The notes under the pieces are model-generated. The model had not been told where the DNA came from, ran no database searches, and saw only the letters and a list, made by a program, of their open reading frames with translations. A program made the translations under genes and the position numbers. Source: an uncultured Bacteroidaceae bacterium (GTDB lineage Bacteria > Bacteroidota > Bacteroidia > Bacteroidales > SM23-62). From it: a stretch of DNA of 64,000 bases. Shown here piece by piece: positions 19,823-29,614 of the stretch. The stretch spans positions 886 through 64,885 of the forward strand of contig CAYOPZ010000013.1 in NCBI GenBank assembly GCA_964406005.1, read 5' to 3'. The first letter of the stretch is position 1. Each line of letters opens with the position of its first letter.

Positions 19823-21397
19823 TTATTCGTTTTTTAACTGTTGTAACATTTCAAGAAATTCCAGGGCCTCCCTAAACGGTATCTCAGCCGCTTCAATATT
19901 CTCACCAAGGTACATTGTCTGACAGCCGGGAGTTTCACAAGCCGGCCACAGGGGCAGGCCCTCACCGTTCGGGTCGCCGTTTCCGGTAAAGTTTGCCCAG
20001 TACGAGGACATCCGGTCGGCCAGTTCATAATCGGTATCGGTCCAGGGGCGGTTGCTCATATGAAGGTTGTTGTAAGCGTAGGGTACCTCACCCGTATGAA
20101 AAGCGCCGAATGCCTGCTGCCCTTCACCATAGGGAACAGACCTTGTGAAATGATACATGAAAACCCTGGATTTTCCCGTTTCATTCTGCAGTTTCATCCA
20201 GATGTATGATTGTAACCCGAAGGATTGCAGAATGCTTAATGTGCGCTGGGACAAAAATGCGACGGAATCATTGTCTGCCGGAAAGAGCTCCATAAATCTG
20301 TCAGCATGTTCACCGTATGTTTCCATGCTCCTTTTCCTGTAGTTTTCTGCATCCAGCAGGGAACCTCCGAAGAATGCCTCATTTTCGTTCCAGCCCATCA
20401 GTACCGGTACGTCATTTTGCCTTCCTTCGGAAAAGATATTGTAAAGCTTGTCCGGCAACAGATAACCGTCGATAACGGGGGAGGACATTCCCCGGATTGC
20501 GATGAGTTCCTGGGCAGGTTTCGATCTTAATTCAGCCAGTGAGGCGGCGCCGGCCCTTTCCTGGAACTCCAGCCCCGCCTTTTCGGCATCTTCAAGGTTA
20601 TTGCTGCCCCCCATCGCATTGGCCGGCATAACGGCACCTCCGCTTTCGGCGATGGCCCGGTGGAACAGTCCGCCGGCCAGGGGGGAGGCGACAAGAAAGT
20701 TCACACTGAAGGCGCCGGCAGATTGTCCGGCAATGGTGACATTGTCCGGATCCCCGCCGAATGACGCAATGTTCCTTTGGATCCATTTCAGTGCTTCCAC
20801 CTGGTCGAGCAATCCGTAATTTCCGGAAACATGGTTTGGCGATTCGGCACTTAATTCGGGGTGGGCCAGAAAGCCGATCACACCCAGGCGGTAATTTACA
20901 GTGATGAATACCACACCTTTTTTCGCCATTTCTTCACCGTCGTATATCTCAACAGAACCGGAACCTCCGGTAAATGCTCCGCCGTGAATGAATACGAGTA
21001 CCGGGAGTTTGCCATCCGGTGATCCGGCCGCAGTCCATATATTCAGGTAGAGGCAGTCCTCGCTGAGCGGTTCCGGCGGGGCGATGAATTCATCGGTCCA
21101 CATCATGAACGGGACCGGTGTGGATTGCATTGCACTGGCTTCGAATTCCGTGCATTCGAGGATTCCTTCCCAGTTTTTGTGGGGACGGGGAGCTTTCCAC
21201 CTAAGTTCTCCCACAGGAGGCGCTGCGAAAGGGATCCCTCTGTAAATGAATACATTACTGTCGGAATTCATCGTCCCCCTTATTTCCCCGTTTTCAGTCC
21301 GCACCACCGTGGTCAAACCGTTGCTGCGTTCAACACACGCGTTAAAGCCGGTGAGCATGACTGCCGCAAGAATACCAATAACGCAGATTTGTTTCAT
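19823..21397 (-). CDS. Type-B carboxylesterase (PnbA-like), lipoprotein
   Basis: GIPFAAPPVGELRWKAP, SEDCLYLNIW, HGGAF, GQSAG and AFHTGE motifs; lipobox FNAC. Confidence 0.93.
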   Translation of the reverse strand: MKQICVIGILAAVMLTGFNACVERSNGLTTVVRTENGEIRGTMNSDSNVFIYRGIPFAAPPVGELRWKAPRPHKNWEGILECTEFEASAMQSTPVPFMMWTDEFIAPPEPLSEDCLYLNIWTAAGSPDGKLPVLVFIHGGAFTGGSGSVEIYDGEEMAKKGVVFITVNYRLGVIGFLAHPELSAESPNHVSGNYGLLDQVEALKWIQRNIASFGGDPDNVTIAGQSAGAFSVNFLVASPLAGGLFHRAIAESGGAVMPANAMGGSNNLEDAEKAGLEFQERAGAASLAELRSKPAQELIAIRGMSSPVIDGYLLPDKLYNIFSEGRQNDVPVLMGWNENEAFFGGSLLDAENYRKRSMETYGEHADRFMELFPADNDSVAFLSQRTLSILQSFGLQSYIWMKLQNETGKSRVFMYHFTRSVPYGEGQQAFGAFHTGEVPYAYNNLHMSNRPWTDTDYELADRMSSYWANFTGNGDPNGEGLPLWPACETPGCQTMYLGENIEAAEIPFREALEFLEMLQQLKNE

Positions 21398-21411
21398 GGT
21401 TTGGCAAAAGC

Positions 21412-23133
21412 CTATTCATTCATCTCGATCACACCTGTGGACATCATCCCGGAGGCTTCATCTGCGGGCAGGCTCCATTCGTGATCGAAAGATCCCTGGC
21501 TGACCGCATTGTCAGGCGTATCCTTGAAAAGGATAAAATCCCGGTAGTTCCTGAGGTCCTCGGCTTTCAAACCCATAAATGACATGCCGCGGGCCTCCGG
21601 TGCCTCTGCCGGCGGGGTCCACCACGGCAGGCCGGAATTGATCAGAATGTAATGACCGTTCATGGGATAAATATAAACGAGTCCGTATTCCCCTGCATCC
21701 GGATTGAGGTGAAGGGGCAGTTTATCTGCGAATCTTTCAATCACACTGTTGGTTTCCCTTGTCCCGAAGAGAATGAGATTGGAAGTTTCCAGGTCACTCT
21801 GCCTGACCTGCTCGTCTGACAATACCCTCGGGAATACCATGATCCTGCCCAAAAATCCCCGGTCGGCCGCCCAGTCGGCAGCTGCCGCTGCCTGGGCGCG
21901 CCTTGCTTCCTGCTCTTCAGGTGAAGGGTCCCCGCCGGTACCGTAAACATATACATGATTGCTTTCCACGGCGGCATAAAGCGGACCCTCCGCACCTTTT
22001 TGTTTCGAATGTAGCCCGGGTGTGTATTTCCGGTTCACCCAGGTTCCGTTCTCTTTAATAAAGGATACGGCATCGGGGGTTTTGACGGTAAAGGTTTTTC
22101 CATCGACACTGATCCGGACCCTTTTTCCCATGTCAAACTGCGGATGACCGGCAAGGTTCAGGGTGAAGGCATCCAGCGAGGATGTGGAGATCCCGATGGC
22201 GTTGACACCGGTAAATTCCGCATCTATGTTGGCCGGGGTTCCGGGGGTCAGTTTATCCATGGTGACCCAGTAGGCCTTGTTGTACTTATACCATTCTGTT
22301 CGGAATTCAACGTGCTGGGGATAAAGGTCCCTTTCAAACTGTGAAAACCAGTCGAATATGAAACCGTCCTTATAGGCATATTCCCAGCTGTTGTGACTTA
22401 TTCCGGGATATTCCACATAATCGAACAGCGAAGCGTTTTCCGTGAATTCCTTTCTCCAGGTCTGAGCGGTCTCGTACAGGCCATCCCTGTCCCCGATGAA
22501 CAGGTGTACCGGCAGATTGCCGGCATTACAGCTCAGATCAAGAGTACCGTCGGGAGGCGCCGGGCAGCATGGTGCCAAGGCGGCCCAGATGTCCGGCCGG
22601 GTCAGCCCCAGCCATATGGTTCCGCCTCCTCCCATGGAAAGGCCGGTGAGGTATATGCGATCTTCGTCTATGCGAAAACGGCTTTTCAGATCGTCAAGCA
22701 TTTCATATACATCCTGTTCCGGAATGCCCTGGTATCCGGCCGTACCACGCGCATAGGGAGCGGCGACAATATAATCCACATCCTTGAGAACAGGGTAATA
22801 CCGGGTAACTTCCAGGTCGGTCTGGACAGGGCTGAAACCGGGAGTCATGAAATCTGGACCCTGGATGTTTCCCTGTCCGAATGCACGGCGCAATCCGAGG
22901 CGGTGATTCGATATGGCGCCATGCAGGAATATTACCAGGGGATATTCTTTTGACTGGTCAAAATTCTCGGGTATGTATACTGCATAAGGCTGGTCGGTTT
23001 CGTCAACCGAAGAAAAGAAAGACAGATCCTGGGGGCCGGATTTGAGTTTCTGCCCGCTGACAATACCGGTATTCAGCAATGCTGCTGCAAGGAAGAAAAA
23101 GGTAAAATACCTGATGTAATAATTTTTTTTCAT
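21412..23133 (-). CDS. Secreted alpha/beta-hydrolase (esterase/peptidase) with C-terminal extension
   Basis: YPLVIFLHG, GLSMGG nucleophile, GDRD and HNSW triad elements; signal peptide. Confidence 0.82.
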   Translation of the reverse strand: MKKNYYIRYFTFFFLAAALLNTGIVSGQKLKSGPQDLSFFSSVDETDQPYAVYIPENFDQSKEYPLVIFLHGAISNHRLGLRRAFGQGNIQGPDFMTPGFSPVQTDLEVTRYYPVLKDVDYIVAAPYARGTAGYQGIPEQDVYEMLDDLKSRFRIDEDRIYLTGLSMGGGGTIWLGLTRPDIWAALAPCCPAPPDGTLDLSCNAGNLPVHLFIGDRDGLYETAQTWRKEFTENASLFDYVEYPGISHNSWEYAYKDGFIFDWFSQFERDLYPQHVEFRTEWYKYNKAYWVTMDKLTPGTPANIDAEFTGVNAIGISTSSLDAFTLNLAGHPQFDMGKRVRISVDGKTFTVKTPDAVSFIKENGTWVNRKYTPGLHSKQKGAEGPLYAAVESNHVYVYGTGGDPSPEEQEARRAQAAAAADWAADRGFLGRIMVFPRVLSDEQVRQSDLETSNLILFGTRETNSVIERFADKLPLHLNPDAGEYGLVYIYPMNGHYILINSGLPWWTPPAEAPEARGMSFMGLKAEDLRNYRDFILFKDTPDNAVSQGSFDHEWSLPADEASGMMSTGVIEMNE

Positions 23134-23346
23134 AGCGTGTAATTTTAAATATGGTTATATGGCAGTTAGTGACATATTTTTAAATAAGACCCGGCAGGCA
23201 GTATCTGCCTGCAAGGCAGTCACGGGAATACAATAGTCAATCAATTTACAAACAATTAATCTAATCTGAAAACTCACCTGATGACAGAGACCCGGTCAGA
23301 TACCTGTGACGAAGCATTGAAATTTAATGTAATTAAATTTTTATTT

Positions 23347-23360
23347 TGAACATATGTTCA
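23347..23360. promoter_or_regulatory. Perfect 14-bp palindrome TGAACATATGTTCA, candidate operator of the DUF134 operon
   Basis: Self-complementary, 23 nt upstream of the DUF134 ATG and abutting a -7-like TATATTTA. Confidence 0.65.
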
Positions 23361-23382
23361 TTATATTTACGATAAAAAGCGT

Positions 23383-23838
23383 ATGCCAAGGCCACAATAC
23401 GATAGAATCGTGCATGAACCGCCACTCTTCTCGGAATTCAAGCCGCTGGGAATAAAAGGACAGGACCTGGAACAGGTGCTGCTGACGCTCGATGAATTCG
23501 AAGCATTCCGCCTGGCTGATCATTTAGGTATGTCACATGCTTCTGCAGCCGATGAAATGGAAGTTTCGCGTCCTACGTTTACCAGGCTGATCGAAAAATC
23601 AAGAAAGAAAATCGCTGATTTTTTAATTCAGGGCAGGTTGCTTACCATTGAGGGTGGCAGCATCCATTTCAGACACAACATCATTCGCTGTCGGAGTTGT
23701 GGTCATATGTTCAGAATTAATATGGACACTACCATAACAGAATGCCCGGCATGTCATTCAAAGGACCTTATCAATCTGGCCGGCGGCTTCGGTCACGGTA
23801 AGTGCTGCAATTTTAAACATCAAAACAAAAGGAGGTAA
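23383..23838 (+). CDS. DUF134 (UPF0251) predicted DNA-binding protein with C-terminal Zn-ribbon
   Basis: MPRP, FKP.G, LTLDEFEAFRLAD, AADEMEVSRPTF and IEGG motifs; CRSC...CPAC. Confidence 0.9.
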   Translation: MPRPQYDRIVHEPPLFSEFKPLGIKGQDLEQVLLTLDEFEAFRLADHLGMSHASAADEMEVSRPTFTRLIEKSRKKIADFLIQGRLLTIEGGSIHFRHNIIRCRSCGHMFRINMDTTITECPACHSKDLINLAGGFGHGKCCNFKHQNKRR

Positions 23839-23840
23839 TC

Positions 23841-24119
23841 ATGTCAAAAGGAAACAGAACAGGGCCGTTGGGTGAAGGCCCGCAAACAGGAAGACGCATG
23901 GGATGGAGGAGCGGATCGGGAAGCAGAATCCGGGGTGGCAGAGGCCGGAACATGGGCGGTGCTTACGGTCCCGGAGGATATTGTATCTGTGCGAAGTGCG
24001 GGGAAAAAATCCCGCACCGGGCAGGGGTGAAATGCACGACGCTAAAATGCCCTTCATGCGGGCATACGATGATCAGGGAAGAATTACTTGAGAACAAAAG
24101 ACTTAAAAATGAAGAGTAA
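23841..24119 (+). CDS. DUF5320-like Gly/Arg-rich protein fused to a Cys-rich Zn/Fe-binding ribbon
   Basis: GNRTGPLGEGPQTGR N-terminus; CICAKC...C....CPSC. Confidence 0.75.
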   Translation: MSKGNRTGPLGEGPQTGRRMGWRSGSGSRIRGGRGRNMGGAYGPGGYCICAKCGEKIPHRAGVKCTTLKCPSCGHTMIREELLENKRLKNEE

Positions 24120-24120
24120 G

Positions 24121-24453
24121 ATGAAGTTTGCCATTCCGACGGTAAATGATGTACTGACACCCCATTTCGGACACTGCGAGAAATTTGCAATCATCGAAAC
24201 AGAGAATGACCGTATTGTAAGCACGGGTTTTCTTGATCCGCCGGCCCATCAACCCGGAGCCTACCCGATGTTCCTGGCCGGTCAGGGAGTCCATGTCATT
24301 ATCTCGGGAGGCATGGGCAGAAGGGCCCGGGACCTGTTTGCCCGGAACAATATCGCGGTTTGTATCGGTGTTCCAAGCGATACCCCTCAATTCCTTGTTG
24401 AGCAATATCTGCAGGATCAGTTGAAAACAGGCGAAAATCCATGTGATCATTAA
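24121..24453 (+). CDS. NifB/NifX (FeMo-co biosynthesis fold) family protein
   Basis: MKFAIP, HFGHC, HQPG, ISGGMG and C-terminal NPCDH; alternative start at 24109. Confidence 0.88.
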   Translation: MKFAIPTVNDVLTPHFGHCEKFAIIETENDRIVSTGFLDPPAHQPGAYPMFLAGQGVHVIISGGMGRRARDLFARNNIAVCIGVPSDTPQFLVEQYLQDQLKTGENPCDH

Positions 24454-24455
24454 GT

Positions 24456-25316
24456 ATGAGAATCGCTGTCGCCAGCGGGAAGGGAGGCACCGGCAAAACA
24501 ACCCTGTCAGCAAATCTGGCAAGTTATCTGTCAAAAGAGAGGAATGTTGTTCTGGTAGATCTTGACGTGGAAGAACCAAATGCGGGATTGTTTGTCAGCG
24601 CAGGGCTTGTCCGGAAGGAAGACAGATTCAGGTTGATCCCGGAATGGATTGAGGACAGATGCACATTGTGCGGTAATTGCCGGGAGGTTTGTAATTACAA
24701 TGCAGTTATTCAACTCGGACCGGCCATACTGGTCTTCCCTCAATTGTGCCACGGTTGTTTTGCCTGTTCCGAATTATGTCCGTCATCCGCGCTGCCAATG
24801 GTTTCGCATAAAATGGGTGAACTGCAGCATTATCAAAATGGCAAAATGCGTTTTATCGAAAGCAGGCTTGATATTGGGCAGGAGCAGGCAACACCGCTTA
24901 TATCTCAAACAATCGAATATATCGATGATCACTTTCCCGATGATATTATTAAGATATATGATTCACCTCCGGGGACATCCTGTCCGGTAATAGAAGCGAC
25001 AAAAAATGCCGATTATGTGATTCTGGTGGCGGAACCAACGCCCTTTGGCCTGCATGATCTTACATTGGCAGTTGATGTCATGAAGAAGCTGAAAAGGGAA
25101 TACGGGGTTGTGATTAATCGCCATGGTACAGGGAATGACGGAGTGCTGAATTTCTGTAAAAATGAGCACATACCCGTACTTGCAAAAATACCTGATGACC
25201 GGAGGATTGCCGAGTTATACTCCCGGGGGGAGCTGATTTATCAGGAAATTCCCGAGGTCAGAAGGCAGCTTGAACAGATCCGGAACCATCTCATGAAAAA
25301 TGTAAGTTGCCGGTGA
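24456..25316 (+). CDS. MinD-superfamily P-loop ATPase with inserted 2x[4Fe-4S] ferredoxin (copy 1)
   Basis: SGKGGTGKTT, DLDVEEPN, CTLCGNC...C, CHGCFAC...C, DSPPGTSCPV and EPTPFGLHDL. Confidence 0.92.
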   Translation: MRIAVASGKGGTGKTTLSANLASYLSKERNVVLVDLDVEEPNAGLFVSAGLVRKEDRFRLIPEWIEDRCTLCGNCREVCNYNAVIQLGPAILVFPQLCHGCFACSELCPSSALPMVSHKMGELQHYQNGKMRFIESRLDIGQEQATPLISQTIEYIDDHFPDDIIKIYDSPPGTSCPVIEATKNADYVILVAEPTPFGLHDLTLAVDVMKKLKREYGVVINRHGTGNDGVLNFCKNEHIPVLAKIPDDRRIAELYSRGELIYQEIPEVRRQLEQIRNHLMKNVSCR

Positions 25317-26185
25317 GAGAAATTGTTGTCATATCGGGGAAAGGGGGAACGGGGAAAACCTCGATTGCAGCGTCCTTCGCCTGCCTTGGAGGCAGGGATG
25401 CAATGGTTGCGGATTGCGATGTAGATGCGGCAGACATGCATCTCCTCATGCAGCCGGATCTTAATGAATCACATGATTTCTACAGTGGGGAACGCGCAAT
25501 GATTAACCAGGATGCATGTGACCAATGCGGCAATTGTTTTGATGTATGCCGGTTCGGTGCCATCACCCTTGAAGATGACAGGTACATGGTGGATCCCCTG
25601 GAATGTGAAGGATGCGGATATTGCACCCTTGTTTGTCCTGTCAATGCCATAACAAACGAAATTCAGCTTGCCGGTCAATGGTATGTTTCAAACATTAAAA
25701 CCGGCAGCACAATGGTCCATGCCAGACTTGGCATTGGTGCGGATAATTCCGGGAAGCTCGTTGCGAAAGTCAAGAATGAGGCCAGGGAAACAGCAAAAAG
25801 GAAAAACCATGAATGGATCATTATTGACGGAGCCCCCGGTATCGGGTGCCCGGTAATTTCATCTCTCTCGGGGGCGGACTTTGCAGTACTGGTCAGCGAA
25901 CCCACCGTTTCGGGTTTGCATGATCTGAAAAGGGTATATGAACTGGTTAGGAAATTTAACATCAGGGCAGGGTGCATCATCAACAAATCAGACCTTAACG
26001 CCGGGACATCCGAAAAAATTGAAAAATTCGTGAAGGATGAGAATATCATGTATCTCGCCCGTCTGCCATATGACGAAACCTTTACGGAATCGATGACATA
26101 CGGGCAGGCAATTGTTGAATATGCCGGGAATAACCTGACAGAAATGATTACGGATGGCTGGAACAAAATAAAACAGGCAATATGA
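25313..26185 (+). CDS. MinD-superfamily P-loop ATPase with inserted ferredoxin (copy 2)
   Basis: SGKGGTGKTS, DCDVDAAD, CDQCGNC, CEGCGYC, NSGKLV and DGAPGIGCPV; GTG start overlaps the upstream stop. Confidence 0.92.
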   Translation: MREIVVISGKGGTGKTSIAASFACLGGRDAMVADCDVDAADMHLLMQPDLNESHDFYSGERAMINQDACDQCGNCFDVCRFGAITLEDDRYMVDPLECEGCGYCTLVCPVNAITNEIQLAGQWYVSNIKTGSTMVHARLGIGADNSGKLVAKVKNEARETAKRKNHEWIIIDGAPGIGCPVISSLSGADFAVLVSEPTVSGLHDLKRVYELVRKFNIRAGCIINKSDLNAGTSEKIEKFVKDENIMYLARLPYDETFTESMTYGQAIVEYAGNNLTEMITDGWNKIKQAI

Positions 26186-26526
26186 GAATCGCATTTACTG
26201 CAACAGGCATTCACTGGGATTCCATGATGGATCCCCGGTTTGGCCGGACCGAATTTCTTCTTGTCTATGATGAAGAAAAAAATGAACTTCTGCATTTTGA
26301 TAACAGGGCGATAGAAAAAGAGGCCCATGGTGCAGGTCCGAAAACTGCTCAAAAATTGTATGAGCTTCGGGCAGACGTTCTTATCACCGGAAACGGCCCG
26401 GGTGACAATGCTGCAAATGTTCTGGACCGGACCGGTGTCAGAATATATACAGGAGCGGAGGGATTCACCGTAAAGGAAGCCTTCCAGGCATATCAGAAGA
26501 ACAAATTGGCCGAATACCGGTCATGA
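26182..26526 (+). CDS. NifB/NifX family protein (Orange-protein-like)
   Basis: MRIAFTA, DPRFGR, HGAG and LITGNGPG motifs. Confidence 0.87.
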   Translation: MRIAFTATGIHWDSMMDPRFGRTEFLLVYDEEKNELLHFDNRAIEKEAHGAGPKTAQKLYELRADVLITGNGPGDNAANVLDRTGVRIYTGAEGFTVKEAFQAYQKNKLAEYRS

Positions 26527-26553
26527 ACGGGATTATACAAAGTGATTCATACC

Positions 26554-27189
26554 ATGCCGAAGACCATACCCTTTGATAATTACCCGGACGAGTATGACAA
26601 CTGGTTTGTCCTGAATAAATATGTTTTTCAGTCTGAATTGAATGCCATTATGGATGCATTGCCTGTCAGGGGAAGAGGAGTTGAAATTGGTGTGGGAAGC
26701 GGCATTTTTGCCGAACCACTGGGAATTACCGAAGGGGTAGAGCCTTCACGGGCGATGCGCACAAGGGCTAAAAAGAGAAATATCAATGTAATTGACGCAG
26801 TTGCGGAGGATCTGCCATATCCCGATAATAGCATTGATTTCGCATTGATGGTTACCACCATCTGTTTTGTGGATGACATCTATAAATCTTTTGAAGAAGT
26901 ACACCGTATCTTAACGGATAAGGGCCGTTTCATCATTGGATTTGTTGATAAAAACAGTCATGTTGGAAAACAGTATCTGGTACATAAAGATGAAAGCATT
27001 TTTTATAAAGATGCCGTGTTTTACAGTACGGAAGATGTGTACAGGATATTGAAATATGCAGGATTTGAGATTGAAAATACCTGTCAAACCGTCTTTGGGG
27101 ACCTGGAAAAAATAAAGAAAATTCAGGATGTCCTGCCTGGATATGGCCGGGGCAGTTTTGTTGTCGTAGCTGCCGGAAAGAATGTATAA
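26554..27189 (+). CDS. Class I SAM-dependent methyltransferase
   Basis: EIGVGSG motif I, GVEPS, AEDLPY and VTTICFVDD. Confidence 0.9.
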   Translation: MPKTIPFDNYPDEYDNWFVLNKYVFQSELNAIMDALPVRGRGVEIGVGSGIFAEPLGITEGVEPSRAMRTRAKKRNINVIDAVAEDLPYPDNSIDFALMVTTICFVDDIYKSFEEVHRILTDKGRFIIGFVDKNSHVGKQYLVHKDESIFYKDAVFYSTEDVYRILKYAGFEIENTCQTVFGDLEKIKKIQDVLPGYGRGSFVVVAAGKNV

Positions 27190-28045
27190 GGAATGTATAC
27201 CATGCATTTTAACAAGCTATTTGCGGCTGGTTGAAACAGGGGTCGTACCCGGGTCACTTCAGGAGGTGATTTTTCGCCGGTTGCTGGAGTTTTTATCCAG
27301 GGTTGACTACAATCTGTCACCGCCGGCACTGGCACGGGAAATGCACAGGTTGATCCGTGAATCTGTTCATGATCGGGATCCCTATCACCGGGTCAAGGAT
27401 AAATACAATCGTCTCATGCTGGAATTATATCCGGAATTCGAGCGTATGATTAACGGATCCGGGGATCCTTTTGATAAGGCAATGCGGCTGGCAATTGCCG
27501 GTAATGTGATTGATTTTGGTACCAGCTTCCAGCTGGATGTTATGACTGCTATAAACAAGGTAATGGAAGCCGATCTGGCCATTGACGATTCCCTGGTTCT
27601 TCGCCGTGATCTCGAACGGGCTGCCTCGCTGCTTTATATCGGAGACAACTGCGGGGAGATTGTATTGGACAAACTTTTTCTTGCCTGCATGGATGTCCCG
27701 GAAAAATATTTTGCTGTCCGGAACAGCCCGGTAATAAACGATGTTACCCCGGAGGATGCAGATATAACAGGCATGGGAAAGGTAGCCAGGGTAATCACCA
27801 CCGGCGATGATGCCCCCGGTGCAGTATGGGAATCGGCTTCAGATGAGTTTAAGGATGTATTTAAAACTGTGGATGTCGTTATCTCCAAGGGACAGGGAAA
27901 TCTGGAAGGATTGTTAAATGTTACCCATGATCATATTTATTTTCTCATGGTCATCAAATGTGATTTCATCGCGGAACGGGTGGGAGCAGGAAAGGGGGGA
28001 TTCATAGTGAAAAAAGGAAATGAAAATCACCATTCTTTACGATAA
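27182..28045 (+). CDS. DUF89/ARMT1-like damage-control metal-dependent phosphatase
   Basis: ECIPC, AIAGNVIDFG, DNCGEIVLD, P.IND.T and SKGQGN.E motifs. Confidence 0.9.
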   Translation: MYKECIPCILTSYLRLVETGVVPGSLQEVIFRRLLEFLSRVDYNLSPPALAREMHRLIRESVHDRDPYHRVKDKYNRLMLELYPEFERMINGSGDPFDKAMRLAIAGNVIDFGTSFQLDVMTAINKVMEADLAIDDSLVLRRDLERAASLLYIGDNCGEIVLDKLFLACMDVPEKYFAVRNSPVINDVTPEDADITGMGKVARVITTGDDAPGAVWESASDEFKDVFKTVDVVISKGQGNLEGLLNVTHDHIYFLMVIKCDFIAERVGAGKGGFIVKKGNENHHSLR

Positions 28046-28676
28046 TACCGTTTTTCAACCGGGTCTGCAGCCCGATTGGGGATTTTCCTGTCTTGTGGAA
28101 ACAAGGAACAAATCGATCCTTTTCGATACCGGCTCCAACGGTACCCTGCTTCTTGAGAATATGAAAAGACTGGGTGCAGACCCTTCGTCCATTCAAGAAG
28201 TGTTTATCTCCCATCCCCATTTTGACCATATCGGGGGTCTGTCGGCTTTTCTGAATGAGAATCGTGAAGTCACCGTATATGTTCCGGTTTCATTGAGAGG
28301 CATCCGCAATGCAAAGGAGGTGGTTGATGTCGATAAAGCCGCCGTGCTTGATGAAAACATATTTTCCACCGGCGAACTGGATCATATCGAACAGTCACTG
28401 GCGGTAAAAACGGACAGAGGCCTGGTTTTGATCGTGGGCTGCGCTCATCCCGGGATGGAAAAAATTCTTCAGGCGGTCTCCCGGTTCGGGGAAGTACACG
28501 CAATCGTCGGCGGTTTGCATGATTTCACTGAATTTGAATTATTGCATGATATTGACCTGATATGCCCTACGCATTGTACCCGGTACATAGCAGAGATTAA
28601 ATCAGTATACCCGGAAAAGTTCATTGAAGGTGGTGTGGGAAAGAAACTTACAAGTCACGAACTGGGAATACTATGA
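28020..28676 (+). CDS. Metallo-beta-lactamase-fold hydrolase
   Basis: ILFDTG, SHPHFDHIGG, GCAHPG, GGLH and HCT motifs. Confidence 0.9.
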   Translation: MKITILYDNTVFQPGLQPDWGFSCLVETRNKSILFDTGSNGTLLLENMKRLGADPSSIQEVFISHPHFDHIGGLSAFLNENREVTVYVPVSLRGIRNAKEVVDVDKAAVLDENIFSTGELDHIEQSLAVKTDRGLVLIVGCAHPGMEKILQAVSRFGEVHAIVGGLHDFTEFELLHDIDLICPTHCTRYIAEIKSVYPEKFIEGGVGKKLTSHELGIL

Positions 28677-29614
28677 TCGCCTTTGGTCCTGTTCCGTCAA
28701 GACGTCTGGGAAAGAGTCTGGGGATCAACAATATCCCGCCAAAGGTGTGTACATATTCCTGCGTGTACTGCCAGTTGGGCAGGACAGTTAAAATGCAGGC
28801 CGAACGCAGGACATTTTACGGGAAGAACAGGATCTTTGAAGATGTCCGGGGCAGGATAGAAAAACTGCGGGCGAGAGGCGAAACGATTGATTACCTGTCG
28901 TTCGTCCCGGACGGAGAGCCGACTCTGGATATGCATCTGGGCCGGGAGATCGAAATGCTTCGCGCGTTCGGGATTAAAACGGCAGTCATTACGAATGCTT
29001 CTCTTCTGGGACGTGAAGACGTCAGAAAAGAACTGTTCAATGCAGACTGGGTTTCCGTGAAGGTCGATTCAACGCGTGAGGAAACCTGGCGCAGGATAAA
29101 CCGTCCGTGCAGGGGATTGAGGCTCGGATCTGTCCTGGAAGGTATTCTGGAATTCTCAAAAGAATACAAAGGAGTGCTGACGACCGAGACCATGCTTGTA
29201 AAGAACCTGAATGACGGAGAAAAGCAATCCCGGGAGATTGCAGGTTATCTTTCACTGGTAAAGCCGGCCAAAGCCTATTTGGCCATACCCATAAGACCCC
29301 CGGCGGAAAATCAGGTACAGATCCCGGATGAAAAAGTGGTCAATCGGAATTATCAGGTATTTGCAGGATATCTCGATCATGTCGAATGCCTGATCGGTTA
29401 TGAAGGAGATGCTTTTGCCTATACAGGAAATGCCGAAGAGGATCTTTTAAGCATAACGGCTGTACATCCCATGCGGGAAGATGCAGTCAGGAACTTCCTG
29501 TATCGCTCGGGGTCGGACGGAGGAATCCTGAAAAAGTTGCTGGCAGAAGGGAAACTGGCTGCAATTGAATATGCAGGCAAGAATTTTTATTTGAGGAAAT
29601 TCAATAAGGGATGA
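28673..29614 (+). CDS. Radical SAM protein (TYW1-like N-terminus)
   Basis: FGPVPSRRLGKSLGIN, CTYSCVYC (CxxxCxxC), DGEPTL and ITNASL. Confidence 0.9.
   Translation: MIAFGPVPSRRLGKSLGINNIPPKVCTYSCVYCQLGRTVKMQAERRTFYGKNRIFEDVRGRIEKLRARGETIDYLSFVPDGEPTLDMHLGREIEMLRAFGIKTAVITNASLLGREDVRKELFNADWVSVKVDSTREETWRRINRPCRGLRLGSVLEGILEFSKEYKGVLTTETMLVKNLNDGEKQSREIAGYLSLVKPAKAYLAIPIRPPAENQVQIPDEKVVNRNYQVFAGYLDHVECLIGYEGDAFAYTGNAEEDLLSITAVHPMREDAVRNFLYRSGSDGGILKKLLAEGKLAAIEYAGKNFYLRKFNKG

Noticed and set aside
23192-23210. GCAGGCAG-TAT-CTGCCTGC hairpin as a REP/MITE element
   Set aside because: Only one clear copy in the window and no transposase, so it cannot be supported as a repeat family.
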